Positions 54,617-64,000 of a stretch of 64,000 nucleotides of DNA are shown here, piece by piece. The notes under the pieces were generated by a model that worked only from the letters and a program-made list of their open reading frames with translations, did no database searches and was not told the DNA's origin. Position 1 is the stretch's first letter, and every line of letters starts with the position of its first letter. Both the position numbers and the translations under genes were made by a program. This stretch comes from Eledone cirrhosa (Eukaryota): NCBI GenBank assembly GCA_964016885.1, contig OZ024762.1, forward strand, positions 17,918,001 to 17,982,000, in the 5' to 3' direction.

Positions 54617-54648
54617 TAATAATTATATATATATAATAATTATTATAT

Positions 54649-54682
<34 letters not shown>

Positions 54683-55070
54683 ATAATTATATATAATTAT
54701 TATTATATATATATATATATATATATATAATAATTATATATATATAATAATTATTATATATATATAATTATTATATATATATATATATATAATAATAATT
54801 ATATATAATAATTATATATATATAATAATTATATATATATAATAACAGAACACACTCACTGTTTGGTTTGGATTGGTTTTCTCTTCTGTATCTTTTATAT
54901 CTCCAGAGTTAATTTATCTGGCAATCAATGTTTACGATTGATTCAGCAGCGGTTAAAAAAATACAGATATAAATATATATATATATAGTCTATCAAACTT
55001 CTTTCGTCACACACCTGTTACATCATCAGTGGTACTATTATGTTTTCTCCCGTTGTATTGTAATAGCGTA

Positions 55071-55127
<57 letters not shown>

Positions 55128-55386
55128 GGCCTAGTAGTAAGGGTGTTTGACTAACGCTCATAATGTCGTGGGTTCGATTCTTGGGTTACGTGTTGTGTTC
55201 TTGAGAAAAATACTTCATTTCACGTTGTTACAGTATACTCAACTGAAAATGAGTACCAGCAATAGCTGGTTTAACCCTTCGACAGACTGGCATCCTGTCC
55301 AGGGAGGAGTCTTGTACTCTCAGTCGCTTCACATCATGAAACTGAGATAAGCACCAGCCAAATGAGCTTTCTGGCAGACTTTAGAC

Positions 55387-55417
<31 letters not shown>

Positions 55418-55466
55418 TTTGTTTGTACTGCCTCTCTGTTTTTGTTCCCGTCCCAGTTTTCACTAA

Positions 55467-55520
<54 letters not shown>

Positions 55521-55826
55521 AAAAAGAGATGAAATCGAAAATGCAACTGGAGTCTTATTTTTTAAAAAGATATATATATTTGTTTGGTTCCTTTACCGGT
55601 TTCGCAGTTCTTCTGCTTTTCAAAAGGTGAGTTGAGATGGAGGGTCTGTGGTTTTTCTCACATCTGAGATTGTTTTTAAATTAGTATTTTTTCAACCTAG
55701 CTAACTTGGTCATTTGCAATTGGAACACATGTATTCTTATATCGGTTTATTTTCATCAAGTTTCCTCAAGACTAACGAAACGTACGTACCTGGTATGGCG
55801 CCATGGAAATAACTGGCCTTAATTTG

Positions 55827-55862
<36 letters not shown>

Positions 55863-56131
55863 TTATATACACACCAAAGTAGAGAAGCCATCAATTTGAC
55901 TTAGTGTTTGAAAAGAGATCGAGTGAAGTGACAGCCATTACGTAGTTTCAATTGAAAGCAGGACTGGGAGTTGTAAAGAGGTAGAACTTACAGACACAGC
56001 TGTATGGCAGCTAGAGACTGTTCACTGTAGACTGGGCGAACGGGTACAGGGCGGAGGAACGGGGTAGTTTTCTTATATATTAAATTTATATAATGTCTTT
56101 GATTATGTATGTGTGTGTGTATATATATATA

Positions 56132-56221
<90 letters not shown>

Positions 56222-56427
56222 ATATATATATGTATATACATTATAAATATATATATATATATACTCTCTCTCTATATATATATATATATACACACATATA
56301 TATACATATATATATTAACATATATATATGTACATACATTATAAATATATATAGTAGAAACAATTATATATATATATATATTATATATATACATATATAT
56401 ATTAAATTTATATAATGTCTGATTATG

Positions 56428-56521
<94 letters not shown>

Positions 56522-56593
56522 TAACATATATATATATATATATATATATATAAACATATATATATGTATATACATTATAAATATATATATATA

Positions 56594-56628
<35 letters not shown>

Positions 56629-56703
56629 CACACATATATATACATATATATATATATAAACATATATATATGTACATACATTATAAATATATATAGTAGA
56701 AAC

Positions 56704-56794
<91 letters not shown>

Positions 56795-56963
56795 CCCTCT
56801 ATATATAACAGTGGTATTGTTCAGCCTGTTGATACAGTTGCAACTGGTGAATATTTAAATATCTCTGGTTACTTATTTACATAGAACGAAATGAAAGAAG
56901 ATTGGCTTGATAATAATGAAAATATTTTACAAATACCACATACATATATACATATATATATAT

Positions 56964-57036
<73 letters not shown>

Positions 57037-57185
57037 TACATATATATATATATATCTATACATATATATATGTATGTGTGTGTATACTTAGGTATATATA
57101 TATTAGATGTATATATATATATATTAATATATATGCATGTATTTATAAATGTATGTATGATTGCATATATGTACGTATTTATATG

Positions 57186-57241
<56 letters not shown>

Positions 57242-57342
57242 CATATTATATATATATTATATGTATATGTATATATATATATATAATATATTATATATAT
57301 ATATAATATATTATATATATATATATATATTATATATATATA

Positions 57343-57412
<70 letters not shown>

Positions 57413-57662
57413 CACATATATGTGTATATGCATGTCTATATAAATACTTTGAGACATTCCATATTGATTTATCTGAGTCTGTTGCCAGGAAATTGTGCAA
57501 CATCAGAAATAACAAACCAAAATATGTGACATGCAATAATTAGCTTCTCTCTCACTATATATATATATATATATAATTAGAATTTTATTTCCTGCCCTAG
57601 CACAGCTGATACATAAATGGAAGTATGCATACGTACACACACATCTATGTAAATATATATAT

Positions 57663-58447
57663 ACTAGCAGCAGTACCCAACGTTGCCTGGGTAGGTAAAA
57701 TAATATCTGCTTTGATGAAAAGGTGTTGATCTTAGCGACTGCTTCTCGATGACTCATCTATGGCCACACCCAGGCCTTGCGGGGGAGGGTGGTGATGACC
57801 TCTATCACTGACAAAGGCGGGTGACTGACGAAGGGGCATGCTGGGGGAGGGAGTTTCGAATTTGAACGAAATCGGTTGAGAAATGTGGGAGCAAGAGCCG
57901 AAAAGGCGGAAATTTGAGCGAAAAGGTGGTATTTTCGAATATTTAAGCGGCTGCCACGCCGTTCCTGAACAAAAAATCCAAAATGTAAAGCCAGTTTAAG
58001 ACGTGAAATAATCAGATCTAGCGTAGTATAAAATTTGAACAAAGTAGGTTGATTAATGTGGGAAATTTGAGTCTAAAAGTGGTATTTTTGAATATTTAAG
58101 CGGCTGCCACGCCGTCCCTGAACAACAAATGCAAAATATAAAGCCATTACAGGATGTGCAATGATAAATTCTATTTTGCTTTAAAATTTGAACGAAATCG
58201 ATGGCAAAATGTGGGAGATAGAGCCAAAATCTTATTTTTCGATACCTAAAAAAAGGTGACTCTCCCTATCGATTTTTATCTGGAGAATGACCTCGGAATA
58301 AAAAAAAAAAACGATACGCTGGTATATAGAAAACACTCCCCGATGACTAATCTATGAGCCTGTAAAGTTTCATGAAAATCGGTCTTAAGATGTAGGCCCC
58401 TATAGGTAATACACAGACACATACTTAATTTTATATATATACAGAAG

Positions 58448-58450
<3 letters not shown>
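57663..58450 (+). mobile_element. Possible Helentron/HINE-like element with internal duplications
   Basis: ACTAGC..TACCCA.CGTTGCCTGGGTA hairpin at start; repeated GGTATTTT.GAATATTTAAGCGGCTGCCACGCCG; TTTTATATATAT end. Confidence 0.45.
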
Positions 58451-58480
<30 letters not shown>

Positions 58481-58851
58481 TACACACAAACAGACACACA
58501 CACAGACACTCACACATATATATACATTTACATATGTACGTATGGATTATATCGAACATTACTAATAATGTTCGATTCGTTTGTAAACAAACGGCCCGTT
58601 TTAAACCTGTGCCGGTGACCGATCGTCACCTGGCTTATATACATAGAATTTGGTGGTCCAGTACTGGATAGAACTCGTCATTCCGTTTAGTTAACCATGA
58701 TGCAATAGTAAGAAAAGTACTCAATGTAACGCAACTCAATCATATTTGATGTAAGATTCCGTTGGTGGTGCGGAAACGGAATTAAATATTATTGAATAAA
58801 GTGACAGGGGGCCGGAAAATTGAAATTGCTTTAAAGTTTGTATTTTTGCAG

Positions 58852-58903
58852 ACACTATATATATTTCAATGGCCAGTAGTATTCCAGCGATATCATCAGG
58901 TGT
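58852..58903 (-). ncRNA. Type I hammerhead ribozyme (family F)
   Basis: Minus strand ACAC-CTGATGA-..-GAAA-TATATA-TA-GTGT; stem II weak. Confidence 0.65.
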
Positions 58904-59106
58904 ATTGCATAACAGTTATAAAAGAATAATGGTAAACATAAGCTGGGTACACAGAGACAAAAGACAAAAAATAAAATTTGAGATATTTGATTCAGGGGCG
59001 GCTTACGTTCAGTCGGTTAGAGTGACCGCCCCTGAATCAGACTGACAGAGACTAAAGCATTGAGAATGTGATGGAGAGAGAGAGAGAGAGGGGGGAGAGG
59101 GGGAGA

Positions 59107-59161
<55 letters not shown>

Positions 59162-59388
59162 TGGGTAAGTAGAAAGAGAGCGAATGATTGAGAGAGAAAA
59201 TGAGAAAGTGAGAAAGATATATAAAACGCGACGCCAGTATGGAATTGATACTTCGCGGGAGGTCACTGTAACCGACTGGACATAAGCTGACCTTGAAACA
59301 AATATTTCCAATTTTATTTATTTTTTATTTTTAGTATCCGTGTACCCAGCTTGTGTTTACCATGATTCCTTTATAACTGTTATGAAAT

Positions 59389-59440
59389 ACACCTGATGAT
59401 GTCACTGGAATTCTACTGGCCGTTGAAATATATATAGTGT
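59389..59440 (+). ncRNA. Type I hammerhead ribozyme (family F)
   Basis: ACAC-CTGATGA-TGTCACTGG..CTGGCCGTT-GAAA-TATATA-TA-GTGT. Confidence 0.65.
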
Positions 59441-59516
59441 CTGCAAAAATAAAATCTTTAAAGCAATTTCAACTTTTCAGCCTCCTGTCCTTTAGTCAAT
59501 AATATATATATATATA

Positions 59517-59696
59517 GGAAAATGTATGACCCCTACGGCAGAGCTCAAGCTGTTTCGACGGCTATTTCTGGACGGCTATTTGAGTCCAGAAATAGCCGTC
59601 GGGGTCATACATTTTCTTATTACCCACTCTACTACCCTAAGTATTGAGTACTCTGGTGCTTTATGGTCCATCTGGTTCCTTACCACAAATCCTTCG

Positions 59697-59698
<2 letters not shown>
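59517..59698 (+). mobile_element. Family A fold-back insert
   Basis: Homology to 3925-4114. Confidence 0.7.
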
Positions 59699-59750
<52 letters not shown>

Positions 59751-59955
59751 ATACTTGGGGAGGGTCATATTTGTGTAATATTGCCAGAATTAATAACAGA
59801 ACACACTCACTGTTTGGTTGGTTTTCGTTTCTCGCTTCTGTGTCTTTTGTATCGGTAATCTAACTTACTCGGTCCTCAATGTTGCCATTGACTGACCGAC
59901 GGTCAAAAATAATACAGATACAATATAGACACTATATATATATATATATATAACG

Positions 59956-60052
<97 letters not shown>

Positions 60053-60429
60053 AGTTGACGTTTGGGTTTTACATGGGTTTCACTGCTAGTGCCGGTTGCA
60101 TCTCAGCGTACTCAATGAGTAATGTCAAATTCCAGAGTAGACACATAGTTATTCGCTTCCATTCAATAAATGGGTACCTTCAATTTATACCCGTACTCGA
60201 CTTTGAGTCGACACGGGGCCATGGTAAATGATAATTGCCTAAGATGTCTCGCACTGGATTTGGACTCGGAACCTAATAGCTGCAAAGGGAACTACTTAAC
60301 CATTGGACCATACTGCGTCTATTTACTGAACAAGGATTCTAAAATGTTGAATCATAAGATATTTATTTGGGGCTTTGAGACTAAATATTCTGGCTTCGTC
60401 ATTTCAAATCAAAAAGTTTAGATCGAGAG

Positions 60430-60474
60430 AGAATAGTAGTTAGGTAGTTGTGTGGTTCAGTTGAACCATCCATC

Positions 60475-60531
<57 letters not shown>

Positions 60532-61150
60532 GGCTTGGTCGATGTGTGGATCAGTCGAACCGTTCATTGACAGGGAGAGAGAGAATATTGGTAGTGTGGA
60601 TCAGTTGAACCGCCCATTTAGAGAGAGGATATTGGTTTGATAGTTGTGAGGATCAGTTGAACTCTCCATTACCGAGAGAGAGAATATTGGTTTAGTAGCT
60701 CTGTGGTTCAGTTGAACTGTCGATCAACAGAGTGAGGGAGAGCATATTGGTTTAGTAGCTCTGTGGTTCAGTTGAACTGTCGATCAACAGAGTGAGGGAG
60801 AGCATATTGGTTTAGTAGCTGTGTGGTTCAGTTGAACTGTCGATCAACAGAGTGAGGGTGAGCATATTGGTTTAGTAGCTGTGTGGTTCAGTTGAACCGT
60901 CGATCAATAAAGTGAGGGAGAACATATTGGTTTAGTAGCTGTGTGGTTCAGTTGAACCGTCGATCAATAAAGTGAGGGAGAGCATATTGGTTTAGTAGCT
61001 GTGTGGTTCAGTTGAACTGTCGATCAACAGAGTAAGGGAGAGCATATTGGTTTAGTAGCTGTGTGGATCAGTTGAACTGTCGATCAACAGAGTGAGGGAG
61101 AGCATATTGGTTTAGCAGCTGTGTGGATCAGTTGAACTGTCGATCAACAG
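60430..61150. repeat. 60-bp tandem repeat (8 homogeneous copies plus degenerate 5' copies)
   Basis: Successive 60-bp lines 60681-61150 are nearly identical. Confidence 0.95.
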
Positions 61151-61612
61151 TAACTGAATTAACAAGTTCCGTGGATTAACGCTGCTTTCTTGGTCGTTTC
61201 ATAACATATTCTGACACTAAGATAGCCAAACAGATATGATGACATGCAAATAGAGTAAGAGGAAGTAAGGAGACGAGAGAGATAGATAGAGGGAGGGGGT
61301 GGGGGATGGAGAGAGATGGAAAGAGAGGGGGGAGTGAGATTGAGAGAGAGAGGGGAATATAGATGGAAAGAGGGAGGAAATGAGATGCAGAGAGAGGGAT
61401 AGAAAAATAGAGGGAAGTAGCGTGGGAGAGAGGAAGCTGGAGGAGAGAGGGGAGAGATAGAGAGAAGAATATAAATGGAAAGGGTGGGGGGGAATGAGAT
61501 GCAGAGAGAAAGAGGGAAAGAGATGGAAGACAGAGCGAAAAAGAAATGGAGAGAGAGAGAGAGAGATGTGGAGAGAGAGGAAGCAGAGGGAGAGAGGGGG
61601 AGAGAGGGGAAG

Positions 61613-61686
<74 letters not shown>

Positions 61687-62017
61687 TGGAGGTTATAAAC
61701 AAGAGGAATCATTTTAGGAATTAACGGAATGTATCACATACAACATTATCCCATTTTGACAGCAGACGGAAACTTTCTGTTTATGTTTGTGTCATTCCTG
61801 TTGGATTGAGCGCCATATTGTTATAAAATGTCTACTCCCACACACTCCAATCCCCACCCCAACCCTTAAAAAAATCGGCTATGTTTAGACCTAGAGAGGG
61901 GCGAGAAGGGAACTCGCCGAAGTTTCAACACCCAAGACACGCTGTGTGTCAGGACGGCGTCCCATATTGTTACAACATGTCTCTAGAGAGAGAGAGAAGA
62001 AAAAAAAAAGAAAATCA

Positions 62018-62310
62018 GCTGGGTTAAGATCTAGAGTGAGGTGAGGGTGGCTGGGTTCAGATCTGGGGTGAGGTGGAGTGGAGTGGCTGGGTTAAGATCT
62101 GGGGTGAGGTGGGGTGGAGTGGCTGGGTTTAGATCTGGGGTGAGGTGGGGTGGTGGCTGGGTTTAGATCTGGGGTGAGGTGGCGTGGTGGCTGGGTTTAG
62201 ATCTGGGATGAGGTGGGGTGGCTGGGTTAAGATCTGGGGTGAGGTTGGGTGGCTGGGTTCAGATCTGGGGTGAGGTGGGGTAGCTGGGTTCAGATCTGGG
62301 GCGAGGTGAT
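62018..62310. repeat. ~31-36-bp G-rich minisatellite
   Basis: GCTGGGTT.AGATCTGGGGTGAGGTGG units. Confidence 0.85.
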
Positions 62311-62860
62311 GTGCCCCCCCCCCAAAAAAAAAAATTTTTAATGCGCCCATATTGTTACATGTCTCTAGTGTGAGAGAGAAAATAAAATAAAATAGAACAG
62401 AAAAGAAAATCAGTTGGGTTCAGATCTGGAGAAGAGGGTGGGGTGCAGCCAAAACACGCCGTGTGGCACGATGGCGCCCCTAAGACTCCATCAGGAGTCG
62501 AAGGTTTAAGGAAGGAAGGCAGGAAACTGATATTCTATGCAAATCATGAACTCTTGCCTTTATATGTTTGTCGACAACGATGTAATAATTAAGTTCAGAT
62601 CTTAACACAAATGATCGCAAATGTCACAACCCCGCAATAACTGAATGTTAGATTAAACAAATAGTTGTTGTTTTCAGCACTGGGTAATTGCTGGCCTTGT
62701 TCCTAAAGTAGAAACAATTATTATAATACATACAGTTTGTTGTTGTTTAGACTTCGCCCCTACCCAACCAGGTCAGCGCTAATCTAGCAAATCTGAGATC
62801 AAAGACATTCCAACTCTCTGACCCTTTATCTCTCTCTCTCACACACACATTCACACACAG

Positions 62861-62973
<113 letters not shown>

Positions 62974-62990
62974 CTTCGTAGAATCGAGAT

Positions 62991-63081
62991 GTATCTGAGG
63001 ACCTTGCGATTTCAGAGAGTCAGATTCGATCATTGCATCGAACGTGCCTCGAGCTGGTCGCTAGAGAAACGATTGTAATGT
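62991..63081 (+). ncRNA. Hammerhead-like fold with long stem II, in a (TA)n-embedded insert
   Basis: GTAT-CTGAGGA-..GCGAT..TTCGAT..ATCGAA..GTCGC..-GAAA-CGATTG-TA-ATGT; stem I weak. Confidence 0.6.
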
Positions 63082-63270
63082 CTAATAAATTTTATTCGTC
63101 GCAACACTGATTCTCCGTTTCTTATGTGATATATATATATATATATATTAATTTGTTTCTGTCGTAGGGTATCTTAGACTACATTATCTAATTTATCAAG
63201 TCTTTTTTAATATTTTTATCAGTTTGTTTCCGTTTTTAACCTGTCTTAAGGTTGGCAGTTGAGTCGAATC

Positions 63271-63775
63271 TATCTTAAGGTTTACATCTGAGATGAGCGT
63301 ATCTTAAAGTTTACATCTGAGATGAACGTATCTTAAAGTTTACAGCTGAGATGAGCGTATCTTAAAGTTTACATCTGAGATGGACGTATCTTAAAGTTTA
63401 CAGCTGAGATGAGCGTATCTTAGAGTTTACAGCTAAGTTGAACGTATCTTAAAGTTTACAGCTCAGATGAACGAATCTTCATTTTTAAAGCTGAGTTGAA
63501 CCTATCTTAAGGTTTACAGCTCAGATGAACAAATGTTAAATTTTTACAGCTCAGATGAACGAATCCTGAGGTGTCCATCTGAATTGAACCTATCTTAAAG
63601 TTTACAACCGAAATGAATCTAAATGTTTACAGCTCAGATGAACGAATCCTAAGGTTTACATCTGAATTGAACCTATCTTAAAGTTTACAACTGAGTTTAA
63701 CCTAGATTGAGGCTTACAACCTTAAGGTTTAGAGCTGAGTTGAACCTATGTTGAGCTTTAGAGCAGAGTTTAACC
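63271..63775. repeat. 29-bp minisatellite
   Basis: TATCTTAAAGTTTACA.CTGAGATGA.CG units, degenerating towards the 3' end. Confidence 0.85.
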
Positions 63776-64000
63776 TGCCTCAGTTATATATTTCTTTTAA
63801 ATGTGCTGATTTTTCATGACTACTCATGTACCCTATTACTACATAATACTTAATGATTGAGTCATCATTAGTTTCACAAATATAGTAAAATGTAATATAG
63901 TAAAATGTATCTACCTCTCTTAAATATGAGAATATACATTCACACACACGTGCGTGTGTCTCTCTATATATATATGTATATGTATATATATATGCATATA

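Noticed and set aside
54990-55036. Minus-strand CTGATGA..GAAA
   Set aside because: Stems I and III do not pair; not called as a ribozyme
56076-56720. ~320-bp tandem duplication of microsatellite mosaic (similar case at 3210-3600)
   Set aside because: Ordinary slippage or unequal crossover, or an assembly artefact

Overview
Eukaryotic, AT-rich, repeat-saturated intronic or intergenic DNA. The SINE types and the density of (TA)n/(GA)n/(CA)n suggest a mollusc, probably an octopus-like cephalopod (inference). Almost all ORFs in the track are microsatellite artefacts. Recognisable parts are two abundant tRNA-derived SINE families, decayed transposon fragments (CR1/L2-type RT, CRE-type endonuclease, mariner), MITEs, minisatellites and two candidate exons. 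The main signal is about 30 short (50-450 bp) inserts sitting inside (TA)n tracts, belonging to at least 8 families with little primary similarity. They share three features: (i) type I hammerhead ribozyme folds with covarying stems, (ii) a conserved hairpin with a 2-nt bulge (RCTC-stem-loop-stem-TH-GAGY) downstream of the cleavage site, and (iii) an asymmetric fold-back structure whose short arm stops at a TA just upstream of that hairpin. This resembles 3' ends of Penelope-like or retrozyme retroelements that target (TA)n, with a shared cis-acting RNA element. All folds were read by eye; no folding software or database search was run.
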